Positions 50,451-63,195 of a DNA stretch of 64,000 nt are shown piece by piece. How positions within the stretch are numbered: the first letter of the stretch is position 1; the number at the start of each line of letters is the position of its first letter. The DNA is from Chlorokybus atmophyticus (taxonomy: Eukaryota; Plantae; Mesostigma and Chlorokybus algae). A program made the translations under genes and the position numbers. The stretch is from NCBI GenBank assembly GCA_009103225.1, contig RHPI01003156.1, positions 802,159-866,158 of the forward strand, given 5' to 3'. The notes beneath the pieces were generated by a model. The model did no database searches, was not told where the DNA came from, and was given only the letters and a program-made list of their open reading frames with translations.

Positions 50451-51285
50451 TCGTTGTCTTGGATGCCGGTTGTAGCGGTGACATGGCGTGTGGCAGGCCT
50501 CAGCCTGCACTGACGGATTGTACTGACAATTCTTGTGTGGTGACTCACTGGTGACGGCCGCCCGCCTCGCGCCCAATCAGCCGCATCACTAGTTGCGTCA
50601 CAGTCGACAATAATTCGTGAGTCTCGCCTCTGGCATATAAGATAGGCGCCAGTGTTCTCACCGCCATGAAAACGACTATGCGATGACTTTAACGTAATCG
50701 TTCTACTTGTTTGAGCCTAGGTAAGCTCTGAAAATCGGTGTGTAGCTGTCATGGCTCATACACAATGCATACCAAGTGTTGTTTTCAAGTTTCATGATAT
50801 GAACACGAGGTATTTCATACATTTGTGGCCATGGGCACATTGTGCACATCCATGCTAACACGCGCGTGTCTATGCATAGGCCACAATGCCTCGTGTACGC
50901 TTCTTCCTGGACGTGAGTATCCAAGTGACCTTCTCGATAACTTGTGGGACACGATACCACGCCATTACCCATCGGGACATTGTGTGCGCGGCGAAGCCAA
51001 TACGGTTTCACGCCCCCTAGCACACCAGTTAACGGGGAAGTATAAGGACCGTTTGCCTTATTTGCTCCTTTATGCATCAAAAGACATTCAACTAAATAGC
51101 CACGTTTCTTAGTGATCTTTATTTCTTTTATGCATTTGACAGCCATTTCGCCTTTTCCGATCAGTCACAGGCATAGTATATAAGGCAGTCTCGTTTCCAT
51201 TTTATTGCGTGCTTCGAGCAGTTGCTCCCCTACTAATACAAGTTGCACCCCTACTAATACAAGTCCTTTGTGACAAGTGTTTGCT

Positions 51286-52820
51286 CGTACACTTGCATGC
51301 GCGTGTGAGTGACACTGTGCATGTTGTTGTGCTCATTTTGCATATTTGTATGCATATACTTGAGCTGCTGGTTAACCTGGGGGTGTAGGTTAGACGGTTC
51401 AGATCTTCTGATCTCTAATCCAACGGGCCATTCTTGTTTACACCGCCCAGCCTATCAGAAGGCTGAAGGCGGTACAGCGCGCGAGTTCCGCGCGTTTGTC
51501 GGACCTCGACCGGACTTTGCCGATCGCAACCGGCGTTTTCTAATCATCTAATCACTTGAGCTTTATAAACGCTTATTTAGGTAAGTGTCTGAGGGATTCT
51601 TACCCTCTATTCTCTTAGCTCTTATTCTTCTTGCCATACCATAGAGGGTGGACGGCCCCTCGCTTCCTGGTATCAGAGCAAGTCTCGCCTACGCCAATCG
51701 GGCGTGAAAACATTTAAATAAAATCATGGGGGGGGTGGGGGGTGGGGGGGGTGTTACAATTGCAATAAACCTTGGGCCTATCAGATTGGTACAATGAGTA
51801 CTAACATCGGGGATTCTGTCAATGACGATATCAACCCTTAAGATATTGAGGAGGTTACCGACAATATGTATAGTAGGACTATATATACATACTGTCGATA
51901 TCCTCCTCTTAGTATTATCTGCAATAGTATTGCAGATATTACGACCAGTATTTCTGCCCCAAGAGCAGCGCCTATCGTGCCGAATTGGCACAAAAGAAAT
52001 TTCCAACGCCAACAGTGATATTTTTTTAAGGAAATCCCATAAGGATGTTGGTCGGTGGATTTCGCACTCAGCGCGGGTGTATCAGTGATCTAAGGATGAG
52101 AAGTTTAATTTAGCAACCACATGCTTGCGCAATGGCGCACAAGAATGTTTCGACTAGTCTGATTGTGATAGTTGGGGACAATTTGAGAAAGCGCTCCGCG
52201 TGCGCATTGACACTGATGATTACAATATGTGGACGACGAAACCGAACAGTCGTAAACAAGAAGTTAGTAAACCAGTGCAAACATACGCAGACGGCGTTCA
52301 AGTCCTCAAACTTGGGGGAAAACCTTCCCCGCAACGTGGCGCAAGGTACGCTTGATTCAAGGACTTCTCCCTCACCTACATGAAGAGGTGATTGCACGCA
52401 TACCTGAAACCTTTGGGGATGCAACATACTTTAGGTCCGCGTCCTCGATTCAATAGCAAACAAAGGCCAAAGCCAAAGACAAAGACAAGGTCAATGCTGT
52501 AGTCCGGCATATAATGCACTTCAGAGAAAGGTTGATAACCTTATTCAAAAGCTTGAGCAATTAGCGCGAGCGAACTCTCACACCCAATTAGTGAAGCAAA
52601 CCAAGTACTGCAAGCACAAAGGCGATAACAAATGAGTCAAGCTACAGTGGTGCTAAGAAGAACTTTAACAGAAGCAACCTGCACTGCACATGTTGTAACA
52701 AATCGGGTGACACTGCAGGAGGATGCTTCATTAAAGAGAGGGATGATTTGCGCAAGTGCACAACAATTCCTTACAGCGACAAGTGCAGCCAGTGAGTTTG
52801 CAAGACTTGGTCACTGAGGA
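51286..52820 (+). mobile_element. Second copy of the same Gypsy family (LTR, PBS and gag only), truncated
   Basis: LTR 51286-51667 is similar to 34343-34738 (roughly 90% by eye). PBS at 51668-51679 and gag with CCHC. Similarity stops at 52820. Confidence 0.93.
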
Positions 52821-53283
52821 CAAAGCAAGTCTCGCTTGTTGGCTACTTGACACTTGTTGGCTACTTGTGCGCGCCAAGCATTAGATGCTCCTGAGTTGGA
52901 GACGCGGTACCTATCACGCTTTGTGACTGCCTTCCGCCAGCGCATATGTGTCACATTCCAGCGCGCGCAGGCCACAGCCATTGGCTCTAGCTGCAGCTGC
53001 AGTGCACGCAGCCCCCTCCTTGCATGTGCACGATAGACAGCATGTAGCACTTGAGGACATTGCTCGTGTACTGCCTGCCGTATGATTGTGTTTGAGTAGG
53101 GTAGTATTGGACACCGCACACCAGTATCGCCAGTTGGCACCCGTGTAATGTATTCTTCCGTGTACCATGGTGCGTACGTAGCTATATGAAGCTGTTGCTT
53201 GGCGCCTTAGAAGAAGCGGTAGCGTTGGTTTTGTCGGCGTGAGCATTGTTGTCGGCGACGTTGTGGACCGCCTACCAGTCAAG

Positions 53284-54488
53284 ATGATCGACCACGTCGG
53301 GTTGGAAGTCAGGGACCTGGCCAGGAGCTTCCGCTTCTACTCCCGGACGCTGAAGGTGATCGGGTATGATCCGACAGACAGAGCCTGGCCTGCCATGGTA
53401 TGGTATGGTAGAACAAGGTCGGCACGAAGCCTTATTTTGCCTGTCAGGTACTCGAAGTTTCCAGAGGAGATACCAAGTGGTGGGGTTCGAGAACGAGCAG
53501 GGCAAACCGGATTTTTGGCTCATCCAGAAGGTAGTCGCCGTTCGCGGCGACCACGTGGCTTTTACCGCACAGGTGCCAACGCAATGCCCATGTGCAAGCG
53601 TTGCACATAGTGCAATACCTTTTTGCCACACTTCCTGTCTGGGTATAGCCTCGTGTTGAGCAGTGCATGCATGCCACCTTATACCATATGCAAGGCCGTG
53701 CATGCACGGACGTTGGGTGCCAGATGCATGCATGCAATTGAGATTGTGTTTGCTCCACAGCTGTCATGCACACATGCACACCAGCTCAAGGCAAGTGCAT
53801 GTATGCTGTGCGTCATGCAGTGTACTTGTGCAAGGCAGATAGTGTGTGCAGAGAGAGAGGAGGAGGAGGAGGAGGTAGAGACAGTGGACAAAAGCGGCTG
53901 GGAGAGTTCGGGCAAACTTGCGGCGCAGTTTGCCTGAGACCATAAACTGATTATGCCTTTGCAGACCCGTGAACAGGCCAGCAAGTGGTACGATACTGCC
54001 ATTGCAGCGGGCGGCAAGGACAACGGTGCGCCAGGTGAGGAGTCTCAGCATTGCAGTTGACTGCGTTTGCTGTTGCGCAACAGGGAGAGTAGTGAACTCC
54101 CTCGCATGCGTGTGTCACAATGCATCACTGCATGTCATGTGCACGCATGCATGCGCATGTATCATTGTGCATGTGCGTGAGCTTGCACATTCATGCACGT
54201 ACATATGCATGCAGACACTGGACTTGCTTACATGCACAGCCACTGACCAACACTTTCCAACTACCTAACACCAACACAGATGCCTTGCGTTTGCCTTCTT
54301 TTGTCAAAGGTTACCGGCCGCACAATCATCCCTTCTACTACGCGGCATGCGTGATGGACGCCGACGGCCACCGCCTGGAGGTTGTCTGCAACTACCTAAC
54401 GAGGCCGCCGCACCACAGTAGAGGGAGTGTTTGTGCTGATGGTGGCGCATGCGTGCTTTGTATGGGTGTACAGTGTGGGCGCATGTAG
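53284..54488 (+). CDS. VOC/glyoxalase-bleomycin resistance family protein, 4 exons
   Basis: MIDHVGLEVRDLARSFRFY, VVGFENEQGKPDFWL...DHVAFTAQ|TREQASKWYDTAIAAGGKDNGAPG|YRPHNHPFYYAACVMDADGHRLEVVC. The exon 1-2 junction frame is unresolved (possible indel or non-standard splice) and the stop position is tentative. Confidence 0.85.
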
Positions 54489-56060
54489 GAGACCGCAGTG
54501 ATCAGTTGCTCCCATGGCAGCTGGACTCAGTGTGGCGCTTGTGTATGTAAGGGGTATGGTACGGTGGCAGCATGCATGGTGTGGACAATGCGAATGGCAT
54601 GCATCAGCACAAGCATACACACGCTTTACACATCAAATTTAACCACCGGGCTAGTTCTATGGCTGCTTGCTACACTATACCAATGCTAGCCCGCCCCGTT
54701 AGACATACAAGCATGCATTCAGGTAGGTGAGACCATGGCACTACCTGCTGCTTGCTACTGCTAGTGGATGCGCTGAGGGGCCCCAGCGCACCATTGCTTT
54801 GACGTGCTTGGTTTCTGTTTGCCTAATACTGACTTGCCAATCGTGCTCGCCGTGTGGTTGTTGCTATTGGTTGTGGGTTGTCACATCACTAAGCACATCA
54901 CTAGTCCTAGAGTCCTAGCAAGTTCTTTGCCTACGTACACTTGTATAGTGGGTGTTCAGTATATTACAGTGTATGTCAGTATACGAGTGGACAGTAGAGT
55001 GTAAATACAAGGTGTCTGACGGTTATTTGTACAGAAAGCGGCCGTTTGCGCTTGTGCCTTTTTATATATAGTGGTGGTTCACTTGCGATGTTGTCAGCCC
55101 GGAAAGACTGCTTGCTTGTGGCGCAGCACAGGCTATTGCTCAAAGGTATGCTCACAAGAGAGCACTCACTACTATATGTACAGATACATGGCATGTGCAG
55201 CGGGATGACTCACAATGACTGATTGCGTTCGCACTGCTGGGTTAGATTAGTATTGACAACACTCAAAGCACAGGACCAGAATGGCTGTGCACGCCTTTCA
55301 TATAAATACGATCAAGTCTGCACAGCGTGCCTCTGATTACTGTACCATGCGAGCACATGTCAACTCGGTGGAGTCTACAGCGATGGCACCAGCAGGAGTC
55401 ACAACTGAACATCTCCTACCTACATACACGTACATGGGTGTACAGAATATGCAATGCGAGATTGTGTGTAGCGCACTGTGCTACTCTACAACTACCACGC
55501 TGAGGACAGCAACAACAGCGGCCGTAATGCTTGCTGCCAGAAGTTGCGCCCAGATTGGAACGACTGGCACTGTGCAGATGTTGCACCCACGCACCTTCCC
55601 GCACCGACGCAGCGATGCTGCAGGTATGCATGCAGGGACTGACACTTTACGGGGTTGTGGCATGGGTGTGCATGTAAACAACAGAAGTGCATACCCCAGC
55701 GGTTCATGGTGTAACAGTAGTGCAAACTGTGTGTGTTTCTCTTGTGAGTGCTAGGCCTGCAAGTGTACTGTCACTTCAACGTGTGCGACTGCATGTCTTA
55801 CACGCGTGCATGCTACAGTTACCTTGACCTCGCACACGCACCTTGACCGAATGAGCGATCCGGCAACGCCCAAATTAGCTGACAGCAAGTGGCTGAAACT
55901 GAGCTTTAGCCAGCTGCAACATCTGCGCAGGCATGCCGACAGCAACGCCGAAGAGTAACCTCGCAGAACAAGCCACGCCAGCCCACGCCGGAGGCGCCGC
56001 CCATGTCGCCATACATCTCCCCGCCCACCCTCTAAATGCCAGCGCTGCCAACTTGCTGTC

Positions 56061-58958
56061 ATGGCGCTGGCGGGGTTTTTGGCGGGGTCACCGGCGGCAT
56101 GGCTGAGGGTTGAGCAGCAGCAGACGCGGCTCTCTCCTTGGCGTTGCTGTCGTCATGCTGCTGGTTGCAGGAGGAGAAGCACAAGCAGTGGTCTGAAGGT
56201 GAAGCTTGCTGCTGGAGGCTTGCCGAGGAGGCTAAAGAGGCAGAGTAGGCACAGGGTTAGGGTTGGCCAAGGTTATTCCTCTGTCGTTGTTGCGGAATCT
56301 AGCAAGGTTGAGGTGATTGAGGAGGAAGAGCAGAAGCCGGCTGAAGCAAGGCCTGATGATGGTCATCAACAAGCTGGAAGCAGCTCGGTTGAGGTAATTC
56401 AACCACAGCATCTTGCAATCATGTGGTGAGTGTATCGAACCATTCACGCACAATCATAGTCACCGTCCTCACATGCAATCAATGCACGCCATTGTCGAAA
56501 CCACGCAGCACGTCACCAACAACTCTGCTGTCACTTACATGCGATGAGTTAACAGAGCTTGCTTCTTGTAGCTGGTGTTGGCGCTAGAACGCAATGCAAA
56601 TACAAGAGCACAACGCAGCTCCCTTGAAGTTGATTCTCCATTGAATCAGCACAAGTTAGTATTGCTTTGTGTCAACAGAATTACTCGCCAAAGTTGATTG
56701 TGAAATGTTATTCCCTCAACTGACATTTGGTTGTGTTGCTACGTTACTGTCTTTGTTGCTTCGTCTTGGCTTCAGTCATATCACCACACTTCAGCATGTC
56801 ACACGCAACTGGTCACCAAGGGTGAGCCAGTGGCTCCACTGAAGTGGTCCCCTGTTCTTGTCACTCAAAGTTGCTCATGGTTGGATGTAGCTCCTCCATG
56901 GGGAACGCTTTTCCTCGCATGGCTTGTTGACATTTTCTTGCAGAGAAAATCACTGCATGCTATGACTGTCTCTCAGCACTCTGTCAAACTGGTAGTTGCA
57001 CATGCGATCACGTGACATGAAGTCTTGCACGCAGTTGATGTGGGCGCGTGCCGCGCTTGTGGCCACGCCCATACTCTGGGGCACATACTCGCCAGCGGTT
57101 CGATTAACTTACGCAGCGGAGGGAGCTCCAGTACCCAGCGCGTTGGCTGCCACTCGCTCGGGTCGGTCTGTTCACACATATCGATTCTCAACCAAAACGA
57201 TGGATAACATGAGCTGGAAAGACTCTCAATGCTGCACTCTGTTAACAGCATGGGTATGCTGTGTGTATGCAGTGCTGTTGCTGTTAGCCTTCGTGCCGTT
57301 TGTGCTGCGCTCCAGGCAGCAACACAGCAAGCGTGTTGTAGTCCCCGCAATGAGCGACAATGTCCACGAGCGCCCGTCTTTGTGGAAGGCCGCTCTTGAG
57401 CTCGCTTTGTGGAACACGTGCGGCACAGGCTTGCAAGTAAGTAGTCATGCGAGTTACTCTCAGTTCTGTTCACACATCACTTGGACAACTGCAATTGCGG
57501 AATGTCTTGATGTTGATACTCTACTCAGGCGCTTGGCCTTATGTCGTCCACTGCAACGCGCGCGGGCTTTCTCATACAGCTGGCAACGGTGTTCGTTCCA
57601 GTGCTAGTGTCGTTGGGCGGGGGGGAGGTGTCGCTGACAGTCTGGGCCGCGTGCTTGCTTGCGCTTGGAGGGGTGGCTGTGATGGGCGGTGGAGGCACAG
57701 GACTGGGTGCAAGTGACACATCATGCCATTGCCTGTTTTTTTGCTTGACTGCCGGCTGTGCATTGGGCACAATTGGTCAACACTAGGCTGTTGACACATA
57801 CAAACATGCACACGCGCGCGCACGCATGGTCACACGCACACGCAGGAACGCGCGCATGTACGCACCCACACCCACCCACACCCACACCCACCCACCCACC
57901 CACACACACACATACATTCACTCGTTGGCAGCAACGGCCTTTGGTAACGCTGATGAACCCACAGGTGACTTGGTCAGTCTTGGAAGCGGGGACATGTTCA
58001 TTGTGCTGTCCGCCATGTCTTACGCAGTGTACACGGTGAGCTGAGTGAGTCGGGTGGTTTGTCACAGCATGTGTGGTTGTTACGTGTTTGCGTCACTAAC
58101 ACTGGCGCCTGACACATATACCAGGTGAGGCTGGGCGTGCATGCGGTGCGCCATCCCACACTGGAGTTAACGGCAGCAAAAGTGGCTGGCAACGCGGCCT
58201 ATTCAATAGGTGTGTACGTACCGATTCATGGCTAGTGTATGCTACCGTATTGCTGCTTGCAGTAGTCATAATTATATTGCATCGTGGTAAGCATTGTTCC
58301 AAAGCCATAGTTGGCTTGCAGGTTGGGCAGCGGTTGATGCGGGTGTACGAATAAACCAAGGCAGTGTCCTTCAGGTATGGGTTAACCAATTGCACATTGA
58401 GTTGGTGCGGAACTTGAACCAGACTCTTGTGGTGTGCGCGTTTGTTGCAGAGTATTGGAAGTGTTGGCCTTTCATGCGTTGGTGTGCATTGCAGACTATG
58501 TGGCCTGGCGCGAGTAACCTGATGTCGTGGCTGTTGGTGCTGTACACTGCAATTGCGCCTGGCGCGCTTGCTGCATACTTGCAGACATCCGGCCAAAGCA
58601 AAGTCCCTGCGGCTCAAGCGCAGGTACATTGACATTAGTAAAGCGTACACATATGCTTGCACTACAACAAACAGCAGGCACTGTTGCATGGCTAGCAGAG
58701 AGATTGACTCTTGTCACATAGGGTGTACTGGATGTCTACCCCCATGAATGGCGCTATTGCTGTTACGCTTGCAGTACATCTGCTGGTTGATGATAATTAT
58801 GTCACCATGTGTAGGTGCTTTATGCGCTGCAACCGATATGGTCTGCCATACTCGCGGCTGTGCTTCTGCACGAAGAGTCCTCACCACGGGCGTGGGCGGG
58901 AGGATCACTGATTGTCGTGGCTGCTTTGCTGCCGGCCATCCAACTGCGCAAGCGTTGA
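56061..58958 (+). CDS. EamA/DMT-superfamily transporter with a probable plastid transit peptide, multi-exon
   Basis: A long R/S/A-rich N-terminus precedes ALVATPILWGTYSPAVR, AALELALWN, ATRAGFLIQLATVFVPVL, GDMFIVLSAMSYAVYTV, LYTAIAPGALAAYLQTSGQSKVPAAQAQ|VLYALQPIWSAILAAVLLHEE...GGSLIVVAA. Confidence 0.87.
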
Positions 58959-59649
58959 GGTACATGTATTGTATACATATGGGTCAGTACCGACAGGATT
59001 AGACATCGACAGCAATCGGTTGTAGGACATTGATGTATCATTGGGTTGCTTGCCAACAGGTTGAATTGTTTTGTTACAGTACAAAGGTCTCGATGCCCCA
59101 CTGTGGCTTTCTTAAGTCGTGCGTGTGTTCTGAGAGTTAACATGGTACTCCGCTGTACTGTCTGCTCATGGGAGTTTATTTGTGTTAGTGATAGGTGGTC
59201 ACGTGCACCTATAGCCCGCGCATTTGACACAGCAGACTTACTTACTTTTCACAGCACACTGTTTCAAGCAGCAATGTGACATGTTGCACCGCTGTATCAT
59301 TGCGGTTAAGTATTCTACTACTATCAAGTAAATGTAAGTGCATCTTTATACGCTATTTAGAAACACAAAAAAGGACTTATTTGTGCTATGACATTCCCAC
59401 TGACACTATGACCGTTGAGAAATTATAGAATGTAACACTCTGCAAGGTGCCAGAGCACTCAATCATTGGAGATGAATGGCGCACGAGGAGCTACATTGCG
59501 AGGACGGGCTTACCTTGATTATAAACATAGCACCTATCGCAATGTGGTGCAAGCACATAAACGACTGCATTGAGTGAACACCATGTAGAGACAGCCTACT
59601 GCTGTGCTTACACGGGGTGTCCATGGTGTAACATGCTGACACATGCAGC

Positions 59650-60572
59650 TGCGTGGCCTCATGCAGGCAGGGCTCTGCGTGCACTCTCTCCCCCATCGCC
59701 TCCAGGCTGCTCCGCTCCTATCCACAGCGCCATGGGGCAGCTGGCGTGCGCATTCGTTGCTATTGCACTGTGGCAAGTTAGGCCTGATTTGTCTACTGTC
59801 TGCAGCCCACATGACTCGTCACTCTGGGGTCACAGCCTCTTTGGCTGCCACATTGCTCGGCAACTGGCCTGCATGTATTGCTACTTCAGCGTCAGCATCT
59901 ACTTGTCCTGCGGTGTAAAGTATATGCATTGCTGTGGTTGTAGATTCGTCGACGTTGCGCGTGACGAGTTGTTCGCCCTGGTGATGGAGGCTGGTTTCAT
60001 TGTCAGCCGCGAGCGTTTGGGTTTCATGCCCATCCACGGGGAAGTTGCATGCAGGCAGACGGCTGGACATAGTGGCATACAAATTGGGCCGCGACAGAAA
60101 GCTGCTGCTGGATGTCACGGTGACGGTCACCGTCACGGCATGTGGGCCCCTCCCGTGGATTAAGCTGGCGCTGCCGTGCGGGTGGCGGAAGCGGCAAAGT
60201 GACGCAAGTATGGTGACCATGTGGAGACACATGGCGATGTGGCGCGCACACAATCGCAGCACGGTGAAAGTCCTCTCTCAGAGTCCCATGTGTCTCCATT
60301 GCGAGCGGGTAAAAGGTGTCTCCCGCCGGGTGGTCACCATACTTGCGTTTTACCCGCTCGCAATGGAGACACATGGGACGCTGAGAGAGGACTTTCACCG
60401 TGCTGCGATTGTGTGCGCGCCACATCGCCACAGTACGCATGGCGGAGCCACGGCGGCTGGAGAGCTTCATCCGCATCAGTCCGTCAGCGCATGGCATGCG
60501 CCTTTGAAGCGGGCACATGTGATGGCGATCTTGGAGCAAAAAGCTGCGGCGGTGGCCACGGTACCAGGATAG
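59650..60572 (+). mobile_element. 5'-truncated non-LTR retrotransposon remnant with a restriction-like endonuclease (RLE, CRE-like) region
   Basis: PHAGRALRALSP, (RH)DVARDELFALVMEAGFIVSRE, RRLDIV...LLLDVTV, RKYGDHPAGDTFYPLAMETHGTL (part preserved only in an inverted copy) and LKRAHVMAI. Heavily frameshifted. Confidence 0.7.
60232..60430. repeat. Fold-back inverted repeat with 83-bp arms (one mismatch) and a 33-nt spacer
   Basis: 60232-60314 pairs with 60348-60430. Confidence 0.95.
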
Positions 60573-60702
60573 GGTCCTGTGGTTCAAGGCTCTCCAACTA
60601 CTAAGGCGGACGCAGCGCTCGCTCAGCATGATGGGGTCACCACTACGCAGTAGCGGTAGTGCATTTTGGGTTGTGTGTTTGTTGCGTACGGTTGGGCATG
60701 GT

Positions 60703-60783
60703 TGTAACATCGGCGCCTCACCCACTAGGCCATGGCAGCGACTTTCGCTGCCATGGCCTAATGGTTAAGGCGCCGATGTTACA
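60703..60783. repeat. 81-nt near-perfect hairpin with TGTAACA...TGTTACA ends
   Basis: Two 16-bp stems separated by a 7x7 internal loop, with a 3-nt terminal loop (CTT). Confidence 0.9.
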
Positions 60784-63195
60784 GTTGACTTGGTTTGATC
60801 GCTTAATAGCATGAACAAAGTCGAATGTGCAATCACTTAAGGTTAACAAGAGTTGTTCTAATTAATGAAGTATCTTTGATTGAATTAAACCCTTGATTTG
60901 ATAGGTTCAGGGCTATTTGTTACAATAGTGCCAATGGCCGTTGGGTATGGTTGCAGCATGTACGACAAATGCTTGTATGTCAATGATATTTTTATCATAA
61001 TAGAGGGTGATCTTTCACCATTGTTGTTAGTCATCTAACGTTGTTCTGCTGGCGCTGCTTGCACTTGTGGCATAAAGCCCTAACTACCTTGCCCTTTGTT
61101 GTATATTGCATAATTTGCTGCATGCTTGCTAGCCTAGCCGGAGGGTGCGTATGCATCCGCATGACTTCGTAGAGTGGCACAGCTGAGCAGGTAAATGCTG
61201 CAATTTCTTTCGTTAACTCACAATTCCGTTCCTTGCCATGTACATGTTAGTCACCATAATTGTCCTTCATCTGTGTATAGCGATTGGATTCATCTGTATA
61301 TATTGTGCCACTCATGTATGCAAGAGATGGTATGCTACCATGTTGCTGCTGGCTTGACCAATATGCGGTCAAGTTACATGCCAGTTGCGTGTGTGCTTGC
61401 TCTCCAGCGCACGCTAATGTTTGCAAATATAGCCTGTACAGAATGCGGCGAAGGGCCTGTGGAGGCATACTGTACAAAATACACATGTAGGAAGCGGTTG
61501 CAGAGAGGGAGGGTACAGGGCCAAGAGAAGCTGCAACATTGGCAACAAACCACTGCCATTGCGAAACGTGGATATGGGAGGAGCTACATGTGCAGGTGAA
61601 AAACAGCTCTTGTTGTCACGGTGGACATGTTGGCAGAGTGTGGCACGCACTAATTGCATACGCTCAGAGTGCCGTAACCCAAGTCCACGCACTGAATGTG
61701 AAGACTATGGCGGGAAGATTTTGCCTTCGGGTCTTGCGAGGAGCCAAACAAGCTGTGTCAAGTGCCTTTCCCTAAAGCGCCCTTGTGCCGCAGAGAGGTG
61801 TTGTAATTCAATGACTGCTTATCGCATGAACGACTTGTGTTGTGACTGCTTGCGCCAATAGTGTCCCCTCCGCCAACAATGGCAATCGGTGGTCCGCGGT
61901 CTGTGCGGTGCCTGCAACGCAACAACGCACGATTAGTAAGTGATGTCAGTCTGTGTATACGCAGAGTAGTGTGTGTAGTGGAGTTTGGATGACAGGACAT
62001 TCAGCGCACTGCACGGACAAAGATTTTTAGAAGCTACAGAAATTATTCAATAATGAAAACGCAAGGGAAATGGCATACATTGCACTGAAGCCCTCGCCGA
62101 GAGAAATAGGCTGGCACTGAGGCGGAGGGCAGGGATGCGAGGCGCAAGCTAACAGGACTACCTAAGCGGCAACAAGCAGGACTTCATCGAACACATGGAA
62201 TGGGAGTTCAAGACGTGGCATGGGCTGATATGCTTGGACAATCATGGCACGTTTTCAGAGATAGCCCACCGCAAACCACTTGCCAAAATCAAGAAGAGGG
62301 AGAAAGACCTTATCAAGTGCATCATGTCCTTGGACAACATCTAGACGTTGCCTACCATCCTCAACCGGATGAGGCATGCTAATAAAGACTTTCCCTGCGA
62401 TTACGCGGCATACAAGCGCCTGGAGAAGGTGCACCAAGAGCTCCTTGAGTGCTCAGCTGCCAAGGTAGCTGCTTAGTATTCTTGGCACAGCTCTATCGCC
62501 GCCACCGCCGCCACTATCGCCGCCACTGCTAGCTAGCATCACCGCCAAGTTGGCGGCGCAAACCACAAGCAACTATGGCGGCCAGGGCTGCTGAGCTACT
62601 CCACCGATGCGGGGTAACAGGTCTTACAGGTTGGGGTTGGAAAATGAAACAAGATGTATGATGTGTGGCAGACCAACCCCTGCGCCGCGGTGGTACTCCT
62701 GTGCCTAGTATAGGCTATATATACTAGCGCTATACCGCTACCGGTAGACTGTATCGCGCTGCCACAAAGGCAGCGCTATTCAGTGCTACTCTGGTACTAC
62801 TATTCTCCTTCGCTGCGCAGTTTGTATTAGTAGTAGCAGCAGTAGTAGTGGCAGCGGCATAAAGAGACATGATGTAAGTGGTGCATGTAGTTGTAGTCTT
62901 CCTGGTGCTAACTTTGGGAGGGGTGCTTTGTTTACAGAAGCCTCTGCAATCCAGGCAAAGCACTCCACCACCAGTGGAACTGTGAAGATGCAATGTCCTG
63001 CGCATTTGTGACAACTACACATCAGCTTGTATGCTCATTTACAAACAGCAACAGCCTGTCTTTGTGCGTACATGCAACTAGCCACCACACTGACTGCTGA
63101 CAGGGTTACATACAACTACACTGGGCTGTTCCCAGTCCTGCAATACTCGGCAATGAATTACACAACCTAAGTGCACAACGCAATCAACATCAATG

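Larger units (their letters stand above)
40270..51285 (+). mobile_element. Helitron-like element 2 (about 11 kb; boundaries inferred) carrying RepHel, ORF X-GIY-YIG and a RING cargo gene
   Basis: Internal genes are listed below. CATAT/CATATCGC arrays at 40370-40430, 44640-44920, 47130-47300 and 49800-50450. Confidence 0.7.

Noticed and set aside
55888-55912. WLKLSFS read on both strands
   Set aside because: It is a short chance quasi-palindrome with no supporting context.
54720-56040. Possible minus-strand gene divergent from the DMT transporter
   Set aside because: Scattered exon-like pieces could not be joined into a consistent frame or recognisable domain.
62090-62476. Interrupted plus-strand reading frame (YLSGNKQDFIEHMEWEF...)
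   Set aside because: It may be a gag or TE remnant, but it has internal stops and no motif I can assign.
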